Of a stretch of DNA of 64,000 nucleotides, positions 1-9,091 are shown in pieces; the first letter of the stretch is position 1, and every line of letters starts with the position of its first letter. The position numbers were made by a program, and so were the translations under genes. The notes under the pieces are model-generated. The model was not told the origin of the DNA. It did no database searches and saw only the letters and a program-made list of their open reading frames with translations. This DNA is from a virus: positions 128,001-192,000 of the IMG/VR virus record IMGVR_UViG_3300045988_155520, one strand, 5' to 3'.

Positions 1-942
1 TGCTTTGGTATTACTTTCTATATAATAATCCATTACATCAAGACCATCTAAATTACAAGGTTTTTCTTCATATAATTTTGGGTCATAATAATTGAAATTA
101 ATGTAGTCATCTAAATCATCGAATTTAATCTTTGTTTCTGGACCTGGAAATTCTATATCTAAATCATAGAAATTTCCAATTATATAATCTGATTTATTGA
201 TTTCTCCACCTTCTACATAATCATCTGGGGATAAAGGATTACTTTCTTCAAGTTTATACTTATCATCTTTATCATAAAGATAGGTCCATTTGTTTTCCGC
301 CCTTGTACCCATGAAAAAGAATATACCTTTATTGTTTGGATATTTGTCATTAAGTGTTTTATCACTTTCTTTTTCAATATCACATTTTTTTAATTGAAAT
401 TCAAAACCCCATACATCACCATTATCTATTTTGTTTGGAAGAACTTTATATTTGTCACATTCTGTCTGGAAAAAGCCTTGAAAGAATCCACCGTTTAATT
501 TTACTTGACATTCTTCAAATGTAATCGGATAATCGTACAATAATGTACTTCCTGTTACTTGATGTAATTTAAGTCTATAATCACCTTCTTTGATATTATA
601 TTTTTGTTTTTGGAATAATTCAAAGAAATCTTTATTTGATATTCTATCTTTTCTAAATTTAAAAAGTCCGTTATCAAAACCAGTATATGTGATATTATAC
701 AAAGTATTTTCAATAGCTACAGCTTTGTTCCACACTTCGTTCTTTTTTCCATAAATCCACCCATTTTCATCATGACATTCTTTATCACACATATCTATAT
801 GCGATATAATTCCGTCACTTGTAACTTGATTATTGAATCTATATGAACCATACGAATCTTTATAAACAAAAAAATCATAATATTCATCTTTGTTTATATT
901 CATTCGTAAATTATGGAAGTTATTTTCTTTTAAATTAGCCAT
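1..942 (-). CDS. hypothetical protein, N-terminal part only (ORF runs off the left edge)
   Basis: ATG at 942..940 (MANLKENNFHNLRMNINKDEYYDFF...). The minus-strand frame stays open to position 1 (ends ...PCNLDGLDVMDYYIESNTKA). It is absent from the ORF track because no stop lies in the window. No recognisable motifs. Confidence 0.5.
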   Translation of the reverse strand, partial: MANLKENNFHNLRMNINKDEYYDFFVYKDSYGSYRFNNQVTSDGIISHIDMCDKECHDENGWIYGKKNEVWNKAVAIENTLYNITYTGFDNGLFKFRKDRISNKDFFELFQKQKYNIKEGDYRLKLHQVTGSTLLYDYPITFEECQVKLNGGFFQGFFQTECDKYKVLPNKIDNGDVWGFEFQLKKCDIEKESDKTLNDKYPNNKGIFFFMGTRAENKWTYLYDKDDKYKLEESNPLSPDDYVEGGEINKSDYIIGNFYDLDIEFPGPETKIKFDDLDDYINFNYYDPKLYEEKPCNLDGLDVMDYYIESNTKA

Positions 943-985
943 TACATACCTTATTTCACAATAATAAATATTTATTTATAATAAA

Positions 986-1276
986 TTGTATATTCAAATG
1001 AAGATAGTTAAAATAAATGAATCTCAGTTTGAAAAGTTATTTGAAACAAGTTCATTCGTTCAAACTGCTGGTGAAAGTAATTTAAGTCTGCCTGGTGCTG
1101 AACAAGCAGCCACTTCACCTAATGCAGCAATCATACATGATATAGACGGAAATGAAATAAATCAAGGACAAACTGATGATGAGTTAGCGCAACCGATAAC
1201 AGGTAAAAAGATTTCTAACACAATGTCAAGTTCTCAAAAATTTGGCTATGTTGGAAGTAATGGAAGGGGATTATAA
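986..1276 (+). CDS. hypothetical protein
   Basis: Track ORF. The likely start is the second Met (998), giving MKIVKINESQFEKLFE, a weak form of the recurrent N-terminal module. It heads a same-strand gene string. Confidence 0.5.
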   Translation: MYIQMKIVKINESQFEKLFETSSFVQTAGESNLSLPGAEQAATSPNAAIIHDIDGNEINQGQTDDELAQPITGKKISNTMSSSQKFGYVGSNGRGL

Positions 1277-1278
1277 GT

Positions 1279-1836
1279 ATGCCTATTTTTATTTATGAAG
1301 ACAGACAGGAAGTACAAAATAAAGTAAGTGTTCTGCCTGCTGATTTTATGAAAGAGAGATTTAAAACAGCAGCTCTTAATAAAGATTATCTTGAAACTGT
1401 TCCTGGTGGTAAGGTCTTGAAAGGACAAATTTCTAAGACCCAATATAACACTAAAGGTTCTACATCAGATAGTAAGAATGGTAAAGAAAAGAAATCATCT
1501 GTTGGTGTTATTCAACATAGCCGTTTAAAGGGTATTGTTCATGCTATGGAACAGGTACCACGTAATTCAAAAAGTTTTGAATTATATGGCGGTGAGAAAG
1601 GTCTTGAGATATACAGGAATTTACTTAGTAAAAACAGGTCCGTTCCATCGGTTAATTCTGTTAAGCAAGTTAAACCTGCGTCTGCATCATCTTCAACTAA
1701 GCCATCTTCTGTTAATATAAAATCTGATACTACTCCAGATGGAGGAAGTGTTTCTTTTTTAAAGAACGAATCACGTAAAACAATTTTTATTAATGGAAAA
1801 CAATTAAATATATTAAAAGAAAATAGAAATGTATAA
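1279..1836 (+). CDS. hypothetical protein
   Basis: Track ORF starting 3 nt after the preceding stop. The C-terminus ...NESRKTIFINGKQLNILKENRNV carries the recurrent module. Confidence 0.55.
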   Translation: MPIFIYEDRQEVQNKVSVLPADFMKERFKTAALNKDYLETVPGGKVLKGQISKTQYNTKGSTSDSKNGKEKKSSVGVIQHSRLKGIVHAMEQVPRNSKSFELYGGEKGLEIYRNLLSKNRSVPSVNSVKQVKPASASSSTKPSSVNIKSDTTPDGGSVSFLKNESRKTIFINGKQLNILKENRNV

Positions 1837-2005
1837 AAATGGTCAAACGTGTCTTGAGAAATTTGGTCTTGAGGCAAGAAAGGTTCATTTGCAAAGGAAT
1901 GATTGGGGTAATCCAGTTATGCCTTCTACAAAGAATAAAATAGAATACACTAAAGTTTTAGTAGATGCAGAATATGCAATACAAACCGACTTTAAAGTAG
2001 ATTAA
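1829..2005 (+). CDS. small hypothetical protein (58 aa, below track cutoff)
   Basis: Hand translation gives MYKNGQTCLEKFGLEARKVHLQRNDWGNPVMPSTKNKIEYTKVLVDAEYAIQTDFKVD*. It overlaps the previous stop by 8 nt and shares NGQTCLEKxGxExR with the N-terminus of the next ORF. Confidence 0.35.
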   Translation: MYKNGQTCLEKFGLEARKVHLQRNDWGNPVMPSTKNKIEYTKVLVDAEYAIQTDFKVD

Positions 2006-2047
2006 CTATTTATAAAGAAAATAATGATATTAAATTTTAAATAACAT

Positions 2048-2461
2048 ATGGCTACAACAGTTCAAAATGGACAAACATGTCTTGAAAAAAGAGGTATAGA
2101 AGAAAGACATAAAGAAATTACACGAAGTGATTATAACATTGAAGACCAGTACGGTCCAACACATAAAGATGCCTTAAGTGATGGCGACCCTCAAGGTAAA
2201 GGTACAGGTCATGGTGGTCATACTCATTATTTACCAGACTGTACAAAACCTACTGGTACTATAGACTATAGCAATTTTGATACAGACCATGGTGGTGGTC
2301 AATATGACATCGAAGGACGTAACAATATCAGCGGTCGTAAGAGAGCACTTGCTATCTCAATGTATAACAAAGAAAATATGTATGGTCCAACATTGGTTGA
2401 TACTTCTATTAATAGAAGCGATGGACAATATTTTGTAGGTCAGACTTTAAAACATTCGTAA
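2048..2461 (+). CDS. hypothetical protein (Gly/His-rich)
   Basis: Track ORF. N-terminus is MATTVQNGQTCLEKRGIEER. No family recognised. Confidence 0.55.
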   Translation: MATTVQNGQTCLEKRGIEERHKEITRSDYNIEDQYGPTHKDALSDGDPQGKGTGHGGHTHYLPDCTKPTGTIDYSNFDTDHGGGQYDIEGRNNISGRKRALAISMYNKENMYGPTLVDTSINRSDGQYFVGQTLKHS

Positions 2462-2464
2462 TAG

Positions 2465-3385
2465 ATGAATCTGAATTTATATGAAATATTGAAGAATGTG
2501 TTAAATGAGGGGGTTTCCACAAAGGCGGTTCGTAAGGTTTTAGATGGTTCTATTGATGGTGTAGATAGTAACGGAAAAGCTAAGAATGTAGATAAAAATG
2601 GCAACCTCTTCTATCACTATGTTCGTATAACATATGATGATACTTTAGATAATCCTCATTCTGATAAACTTCCAGAACCTGTAGGAAATAGACTTGGAGT
2701 CAGAATTATTCAACCTTATGCGTTGGGAGAATATATTTCAGTTAATTCTAAAACTGGTAAAAAGAAACGTAGAAAAGTTTTAAGAGCCTATCAAATAAGT
2801 CCAGAGAGTAGACGAGGAGGTCCACGTTGGGATTTATTCAGACTTGATAGAATTTTATCTTGGGAACCTATACTTTCTAAAACTTTCAGTTATCCTGCAG
2901 AGGGTTATAATGAAAATGGAGATAAAACTTTAAATAAGGTTGACGTACAAGTTAAATTTAGTAATTACGAACGAAATCCTGATGAATATACCCAAGCTAT
3001 CAATAGACCTGGTGCTATAAAACAACAGTCTCAAAGCGATATGCTTGCACCTAAAGTATCTAACGGTAATATAGGTCAGACAAATGTTTTGAATCAACGT
3101 AAAAGAGTTGCTGGTAAAACTTATAAGAATAGTAAACGTGATAACATGGTTGCTAAAAATATAGAACTTACTAAAACTCAAGATAGATTTGATAATTCTT
3201 TATGGGATAAAGCTAATTCTGAAAAGATGAAGCAAGATTATAACAATTGGAATAATAAGAATCAAAAAGTTAAATCTGGTCCAATTAAAAATAATGATGA
3301 GGAAGATATGGAAGCATGGCTTAACACACCTCATAATGATTTTGACAAAGATATTACTTCTTATAAAAAAAATGAATTTATATAA
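2465..3385 (+). CDS. hypothetical protein
   Basis: Track ORF that starts right after the double stop TAATAG of the previous gene. Confidence 0.6.
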   Translation: MNLNLYEILKNVLNEGVSTKAVRKVLDGSIDGVDSNGKAKNVDKNGNLFYHYVRITYDDTLDNPHSDKLPEPVGNRLGVRIIQPYALGEYISVNSKTGKKKRRKVLRAYQISPESRRGGPRWDLFRLDRILSWEPILSKTFSYPAEGYNENGDKTLNKVDVQVKFSNYERNPDEYTQAINRPGAIKQQSQSDMLAPKVSNGNIGQTNVLNQRKRVAGKTYKNSKRDNMVAKNIELTKTQDRFDNSLWDKANSEKMKQDYNNWNNKNQKVKSGPIKNNDEEDMEAWLNTPHNDFDKDITSYKKNEFI

Positions 3386-3396
3386 TATTACACATA

Positions 3397-4020
3397 ATGG
3401 ATGCAAGTAATTTAAAAAATGTTTTACAAAGAGCAAAACGTTTAACAGATATGGATGCAAGCGGACAAATCAATATGATTGCTGAAAATGCAAGAAATAG
3501 TGGTAAAATGAATTATAATGACACCGATGCAATTCCATCTGTTAATCAAACCAATTATCAGCCAGTTTATCAGAATTTCTCTGAGCCAAGAAGAAATTCA
3601 TCAATGCCAAAAGAAATATTGGAGTCTTTTAGAGATAACCCTATTAATGTTCCAGCTGGAGGTATGGGTGCTTCTTCTTCTGTTTTAGATGATTTGGGAA
3701 TAGTTACTGAAAATTTCCAACAGCCTGTTGTTCCTAAAGCACCTAAACGAGTTATTACTGAAAATAGCAATGTTCATCAACCTGTATATCAAGGTTCTTC
3801 TAACGTTGATTATTCACTTATCAAAGATATAGTTGAGAGTGCTGTGAAGAAATATATGGGTGCTTATATGAAAAAGATGATGAATGAAAATAAACAAAAT
3901 CTTTCATCAAATGATACTATAAAGGCAGTTCAATTTGGTGATAAATTTAGTTTTGTTACAGAGAGTGGTGATTTATATACAGCTTCTTTAGAATTTGTTA
4001 AAAATATAAAAAAGAAATAA
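3397..4020 (+). CDS. hypothetical protein
   Basis: Track ORF. It contains KRVITENS and LIKDIVESAVKKYM, the two halves of the recurrent module. A terminator hairpin follows. Confidence 0.6.
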   Translation: MDASNLKNVLQRAKRLTDMDASGQINMIAENARNSGKMNYNDTDAIPSVNQTNYQPVYQNFSEPRRNSSMPKEILESFRDNPINVPAGGMGASSSVLDDLGIVTENFQQPVVPKAPKRVITENSNVHQPVYQGSSNVDYSLIKDIVESAVKKYMGAYMKKMMNENKQNLSSNDTIKAVQFGDKFSFVTESGDLYTASLEFVKNIKKK

Positions 4021-4048
4021 AGCGTAGGTCAATTCCTACGCTTTTTTA
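4021..4048 (+). terminator. rho-independent terminator between convergent genes
   Basis: agcgtagg-tcaatt-cctacgct forms a perfect 8-bp stem followed by TTTTTT. Confidence 0.7.
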
Positions 4049-4054
4049 TTTTAT

Positions 4055-4777
4055 TTAAATCTTTCTATTTCTTAGAATTTTCTTGATAATTTCTTGAGTT
4101 TCATCATTAGGATTTTTATTTATCATTTCTTCTATTTCATTCTTAATAGATTTTTCACTACCATTTATTCCTAAAACTTTTAAAGCATCGTATATATCCT
4201 GTATTTGGTTTTGTTTCTTTTCTTCGTCTTCAGGTTTTATACCATCTTTAATTTCTGAATTTGCATTTGTGTTTTGATTAGTCTGGTTATTATTTCCAAA
4301 AACATCTCTCAAACTGCCTACTAAATCTTCATCTCTATCTTGATTTGAGTTGTTCATTCTACTATCATCTCGGTATTGATTTGAATCGTTTGTTCGGTCA
4401 TAACTTCTTTCTTGATTTGAGAAGTTATTATCACGATAAAATTGTTCTCTTCCCCTGAAATTACTATTTCTCTGACTCTGATATGCTCTTTCGAGTTCAT
4501 TTAAGCCACTATTCATCGCTTCTAAGACCTTATTTCCAATTTGACGACCAACTATACTCCTCATCTTTTTTACGACCGTTATAGCATTTTTTAAGTCCTC
4601 GATATCACTACCAAGTCTTCTTGACTCCATCATATGTCTCCATCCGTTTTTAAAAGCACCACCTAAACCTTTAAAAAATCCCTTTGTTGAACCATACACA
4701 CCTTCTTGTAAGGTTAAGTCATCTATATTTTCTTGAATTAATATATCTATTTGTTTTTTAGTAAATTTCTTTTCCAT
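4055..4777 (-). CDS. hypothetical protein with an Asn/Gln/Asp/Arg-rich low-complexity centre
   Basis: Track ORF. N-terminus is MEKKFTKKQIDILIQENIDDL. It contains MMESRR and reiterated NSNQ(Y/D)RD-like units. Confidence 0.6.
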   Translation of the reverse strand: MEKKFTKKQIDILIQENIDDLTLQEGVYGSTKGFFKGLGGAFKNGWRHMMESRRLGSDIEDLKNAITVVKKMRSIVGRQIGNKVLEAMNSGLNELERAYQSQRNSNFRGREQFYRDNNFSNQERSYDRTNDSNQYRDDSRMNNSNQDRDEDLVGSLRDVFGNNNQTNQNTNANSEIKDGIKPEDEEKKQNQIQDIYDALKVLGINGSEKSIKNEIEEMINKNPNDETQEIIKKILRNRKI

Positions 4778-4853
4778 TGAAAATTTGTTTTATAATAAAT
4801 ATATTGATAGCATCAATTATATTTTTATATTTTAGTTAAAAAAAATAAGTATA

Positions 4854-6086
4854 ATGGATAAAATTAAAATGCTTGTTATTCCAAGTGACCGTATGGGAGT
4901 TGGTAAGTTTAGGTCTGTAGACCCTCATGTTTATATAGCTGAACATTATGCAGATGAATTTGATATTGATATTTGTTATATCGACCAAATTCCTACTGAA
5001 AATACTAAAAACTTTTTTGCACAATATGACCTTGTACATATTCATAAACAGCTTGATAATGATATGCTTTTAATGAATATGCTTAAAGAATTATCTATAC
5101 CTGTTGTTTTAGATATAGATGATTATTTTCATTTGAGTGATTTTCATCCAATGGTAATTACCGCTCGAAAGGAAAAATGGCATGAAAAAATAATTAATCA
5201 TATCAGAAAGGCTGATTATGTAACAACAACAACGGATATTTATGCTAAGACGTTGAAGCAATATAATAAAGAAGTTTCAGTATTTCCTAATGCTATAAAT
5301 CCAGATGAAAAACAATATTCTTATCAAAAGAACGAAAGTGATAAAATTCGCTTTGGAATATTATGCGGTTCATCACATCTTCATGATATTCAACTTCTTA
5401 AGGGTATTTCAGAATGTGCAAGACCTGATAATAATGTTCAGTTAGTTCTTTGCGGTTTCGACACCAATGGAACAAGGACAATTTATGATGAAAAAACAGG
5501 TCAAGTATATAGAAGAAAAATTCTTCCACAAGAATCAATGTGGTTTGAGTATGAAAGAATTATAACCGATGATTATAAGTATTGTTCTCAAGAACATAAA
5601 AACTTTTTAATGAAATTTGTACCAGGAGTTGATGACCCATTTGATAATGAACCTTACAGACGTATGTGGACAAGGAATATTAACTCTTACGCTACTCATT
5701 ATCAGAACATTGACGTTTTATTAGCTCCGTTGAAAGATACTGAATTTAATAAAATGAAGTCCGAATTGAAAGAAATAGAATGCGGATTTACAAAAACAGC
5801 ATTAATTGCTGAAAATTTAGGACCATATACTATTAATTTAACTTCAATGATAGGTTTTGGTGGAACTGTGAATGAAAATGGTACAGCATTATTAGTAGAC
5901 CCAAGAAAAGACCATAAGGATTGGGTTAAATATATTAATAAGTTAGCTACCAATCCAGAAATGATTGAAAAATTGAAAGATAATATTCATTCACTTGTAG
6001 TTGATAAATATTCAATGGATAAGGTCTGTGAAGATAGAGTAAAATTTTATAAAGAAATAATGAAAAACAAAAAGAGAGATTCGTAA
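4854..6086 (+). CDS. putative GT-B fold glycosyltransferase
   Basis: 410-aa ORF. The C-terminal half has ...SELKEIECGFTKTALIAENLGPY, resembling the E-x7-E / EAMA-type motif of group-1 glycosyltransferases. The assignment is by eye only. Confidence 0.45.
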   Translation: MDKIKMLVIPSDRMGVGKFRSVDPHVYIAEHYADEFDIDICYIDQIPTENTKNFFAQYDLVHIHKQLDNDMLLMNMLKELSIPVVLDIDDYFHLSDFHPMVITARKEKWHEKIINHIRKADYVTTTTDIYAKTLKQYNKEVSVFPNAINPDEKQYSYQKNESDKIRFGILCGSSHLHDIQLLKGISECARPDNNVQLVLCGFDTNGTRTIYDEKTGQVYRRKILPQESMWFEYERIITDDYKYCSQEHKNFLMKFVPGVDDPFDNEPYRRMWTRNINSYATHYQNIDVLLAPLKDTEFNKMKSELKEIECGFTKTALIAENLGPYTINLTSMIGFGGTVNENGTALLVDPRKDHKDWVKYINKLATNPEMIEKLKDNIHSLVVDKYSMDKVCEDRVKFYKEIMKNKKRDS

Positions 6087-6099
6087 TCTCTCTTTTTTT
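6073..6099 (+). terminator. rho-independent terminator overlapping the stop codon
   Basis: agagagat-tcgta-atctctct forms an 8-bp stem followed by a T-run. It lies between convergent genes. Confidence 0.65.
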
Positions 6100-6100
6100 A

Positions 6101-6526
6101 TTATCGTAAATTTTTCTTTAAATTCTCTTTAATTATATTTGAAATTTGTTTGATAATTGCCTCGTCCATTGAGTGATAAGAGTTATAAATATCATCAATT
6201 TCCATTTTAGTTAAAGCACGTCCTAACTGTTTGGTTTTCTTATCAATTTCCTTATTTGCTTCACGTTCATGTTTATCAACAATAGAACTATTATCTCTAT
6301 TGGAATGAGTATTATTTTGATTTAAATATTCTCTACCTAAAAGTGCACCACCTAAAATAGTTCCACCAACTGCTGTTTGCAGTGCAAGTTTTCCAGTTTC
6401 TTTTCCAACTTTCTTTGCATTTTTCTTAAATTTATCCCATTTCTCACCTTCGTTGAGAATATCATAAACAGTATTTTCGATGAGCTGATGCAACTCTTCT
6501 TCTGTTAACTTAATAGTTTTTTTCAT
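6101..6526 (-). CDS. hypothetical protein with a strong N-terminal KLTE module and a glycine-zipper segment
   Basis: N-terminus is MKKTIKLTEEELHQLIENTVYDILNE. It also has LALQTAVGGTILGGALLG, a possible membrane or oligomerisation helix. Confidence 0.6.
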   Translation of the reverse strand: MKKTIKLTEEELHQLIENTVYDILNEGEKWDKFKKNAKKVGKETGKLALQTAVGGTILGGALLGREYLNQNNTHSNRDNSSIVDKHEREANKEIDKKTKQLGRALTKMEIDDIYNSYHSMDEAIIKQISNIIKENLKKNLR

Positions 6527-6573
6527 AATAAACTTTTTACCTATTTAATTTTTTCTCTATAACTGGCCTAATC

Positions 6574-6753
6574 TATAATATATTAAATATATAATTAATA
6601 TATATAATATAATAATAATATATAGGCCTATAATAATATTATATATATAAAATAAATATATAATATAAATATATAAATTATATATTAAAAAATATATTAT
6701 AAAAAATTAATATATAAATTAAAAATAAAATATATTATATAATTATTTTTTTA
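6574..6753. repeat. almost pure A/T low-complexity tract (TA-rich) in a divergent intergenic region
   Basis: Between 6574 and 6753 the only G/C bases are one GGCC (6625..6628). A second GGCCTA lies at 6565..6570. Reiterated TATATAA/TATAAAT units are present. Confidence 0.8.
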
Positions 6754-6760
6754 GAAAAAA

Positions 6761-6792
6761 TTTGGAAGTCAGTGAAAAATTCTGTATCTTTG
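6761..6792 (+). promoter_or_regulatory. Bacteroidota-type promoter (TTTG-N20-TATCTTTG)
   Basis: TTTG at 6761..6764 and TATCTTTG at 6785..6792, 30 nt upstream of the ATG at 6823. Confidence 0.65.
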
Positions 6793-6822
6793 CAGCAAGT
6801 TTAACTAATAAAGTTCAAGTCA

Positions 6823-7413
6823 ATGCTTACAGAAGAAATTAAAAGTAAAAATTTAAAATTATTTTTTACTAAATTAGAAGAATTGGGTGTTAACATTCAT
6901 ACTCTTCAAGAGAAGTACGGTGAATTGTTGAAAAATGCTTCATATTCCAATAATTCTTTTGAAGATTTAGCATACGATGGTTCATTGCTTAAAACTGTCT
7001 TATATATGCTTACACCAATTGCTTTGGAAGAAAATGAAACATTTAAGAATTTTAAAGTTGATAAGAATAAACTCATTAAGGTATGTTTACTTCAACATGT
7101 TTCTAAAGCTGTAAGAATGGTTCCCAATAACAATAAATGGGAAATTGAGAATAGAGGTTTTGTGTACAAATATAGAGAAGATAATCCTTCAATTAAGACA
7201 GGTTTACATAGTGTAGCGTTAATGTCTGAATGTAATATTCAATTATCACCAGATGAAATTGAAGCGATGACAATCATAGATAAAGATTGTAATGATACTC
7301 AAAGTTATTTATTTTCATCAATTCTAACGGAAGTTGTCAGAATCGCTAATAGTAAAACTTATCTAATTTCAAGAGAAAGTAAAAAACAGAAAAATGGAGA
7401 AAACAAAAAGTAG
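6823..7413 (+). CDS. hypothetical protein
   Basis: Track ORF and first gene after the promoter. CLLQHVSK only weakly resembles an HD-domain LLHDIGK, so no function is called. Confidence 0.55.
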   Translation: MLTEEIKSKNLKLFFTKLEELGVNIHTLQEKYGELLKNASYSNNSFEDLAYDGSLLKTVLYMLTPIALEENETFKNFKVDKNKLIKVCLLQHVSKAVRMVPNNNKWEIENRGFVYKYREDNPSIKTGLHSVALMSECNIQLSPDEIEAMTIIDKDCNDTQSYLFSSILTEVVRIANSKTYLISRESKKQKNGENKK

Positions 7414-8050
7414 TCAGGAAGCTTTTAAGGAAGTTCAGAATTTTTTAAGAAATACATCAAGCGGACAAGTTCAGAAAGATGAAATGGAAGTAAAATTTAC
7501 AAAGATTCATCCTAACGCTGTAACACCAGAATATGCACATGATGGTGATGTAGGTATGGATTTATATGCAGTTTCTTACGAATGGGATGAGGAAAACGAT
7601 TTTTACGTATATCATACAGGTCTCAAGATGGAGGCTTTAAACAGAGTTGGCGGTTTTCTTTTTCCACGCAGTTCAAATCGTAAAACAAATTGTTATCTTG
7701 CCAATAGTGTCGGTATCGCTGATATCATGATTTATAGAGGCGAAATAATGCTTTGCTTTAAAGATAGAACATCTTCTGAGGATAGAATTAGACATGCTGG
7801 TTACGAAGCTTTCTTTGAAACAATGTCATATTCAACATTAGAAAAGGCTTTGGTAGAGAAGAAAAATGCTGAAGAGAAGATGAAAGAACGTATTAAGAAT
7901 CTTGAGTTTGCTCCTTATAGAGATTTATCGAAAGCCGTTGGACAGATTGTTATTCTTAACTTTGATAAAGTTAGATTCAACGAAGTTGATAAACTTTCTG
8001 ATAGCGAACGAGGTGAAAATGGATTCGGTTCAACAGATAAGAAGAAATAA
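7394..8050 (+). CDS. dut: dUTP diphosphatase (trimeric dUTPase family) with an internal insertion
   Basis: All five motifs are present: AHDGDVGMDLYA (I), FPRSS (II), GIADIMIYRGEI (III), VGQIVIL (IV) and RGENGFGST (V). About 50 extra residues sit between motifs III and IV. Confidence 0.8.
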   Translation: MEKTKSSQEAFKEVQNFLRNTSSGQVQKDEMEVKFTKIHPNAVTPEYAHDGDVGMDLYAVSYEWDEENDFYVYHTGLKMEALNRVGGFLFPRSSNRKTNCYLANSVGIADIMIYRGEIMLCFKDRTSSEDRIRHAGYEAFFETMSYSTLEKALVEKKNAEEKMKERIKNLEFAPYRDLSKAVGQIVILNFDKVRFNEVDKLSDSERGENGFGSTDKKK

Positions 8051-8062
8051 TAAAAATAAATT

Positions 8063-8094
8063 AACGTGGTAGGATTTTCCTATCACGTTTTTTC
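8063..8094 (+). terminator. rho-independent terminator
   Basis: aacgtggtagg-atttt-cctatcacgtt forms an 11-bp stem with one mismatch, followed by TTTTTT. Confidence 0.55.
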
Positions 8095-8136
8095 TTGACT
8101 AATAGATAAATAAGTTTATTTTTTATAAAAAAAGAA

Positions 8137-8823
8137 ATGTATGATAAAATAAATGTTGTTATACCATCAAGGTTGCCAATAAGTGAAAAGTATGACTTTG
8201 TTGAAAACCTAAAAGAAACAAGTGAATGTGATATATTTGTTTTTTGGATAGAAAACCCCGTAGGAGAGAGTTTAAGTGTCTTGTATAACGATATATTAGA
8301 TAGCGAGCATATCAATGGAAATATAATCGTATTCATGCATGATGACATTGAAATGTTAAAGAAAGGATGGGGAAAAGAAATTCTAAGATTATTCAATGAA
8401 CATAAAGATTACGGAATTATAGGCGTAGCTGGTTCTGGTCAATTCGATGAAGAATGTGTATGGTGGAATTATCCAGAACGTTATGGTCAAATCTTATATA
8501 GAAGCGAAGGTAAGGAATGGATTGCAGCCTATTCTAAGTTACTTAAGAAAGATTTACAGGAAGTATGTGTCGTTGATGGAGTTTTTATGGCAGTAGATAA
8601 ATCAAGAATCAAGGAATATTTTGATGAAAATATTAAAGGGTGTGTATTGTATGATAATGATTTTTGTCTTGCTAATTATTTGACCAATGAAACAAAAGTA
8701 GGAGTGACAACTAATATACGCTTATGTCATAATTCCAATGACGAAACAAAGCCAGAATGGGATGATAACAAAGAGTACATCATACAGAAATATGAAGATA
8801 AATTTCCAATCATAATAAAATAA
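8137..8823 (+). CDS. putative GT-A fold glycosyltransferase
   Basis: NVVIPSR near the N-terminus, FMHDD as a DxD-like motif, and VVDGVFMAVDK. Confidence 0.5.
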   Translation: MYDKINVVIPSRLPISEKYDFVENLKETSECDIFVFWIENPVGESLSVLYNDILDSEHINGNIIVFMHDDIEMLKKGWGKEILRLFNEHKDYGIIGVAGSGQFDEECVWWNYPERYGQILYRSEGKEWIAAYSKLLKKDLQEVCVVDGVFMAVDKSRIKEYFDENIKGCVLYDNDFCLANYLTNETKVGVTTNIRLCHNSNDETKPEWDDNKEYIIQKYEDKFPIIIK

Positions 8824-8836
8824 AAGTTCATACTCA

Positions 8837-9091
8837 ATGGAAATAAACGTAGAGAAAATAGAAAAGTTACCGCTCAATAAGTTATTTGAGTTAAAAACAA
8901 TTATTAATGAAAGTGTTGTAGAAATGTCAAATAACTTAACTGAATATGCTATGATGCATACTGGTTTTGATTTCAAAAATATGAGTGAAGAAAATAGTAA
9001 AGAATATAGAAAACTCATACAATTTCAAAATTTATTAAGCAAAGTAAAAGAAATAATCAATAACAAAATAATAAAGGAATATTATGTTTAA
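8837..9091 (+). CDS. hypothetical protein
   Basis: Track ORF packed tightly in a same-strand operon. Confidence 0.5.
   Translation: MEINVEKIEKLPLNKLFELKTIINESVVEMSNNLTEYAMMHTGFDFKNMSEENSKEYRKLIQFQNLLSKVKEIINNKIIKEYYV

Noticed and set aside
6541-6760. AT-rich repetitive tract considered as a CRISPR array or tandem-repeat locus.
   Set aside because: There is no regular repeat-spacer periodicity and no unit of defined length, only irregular TA-rich low complexity.
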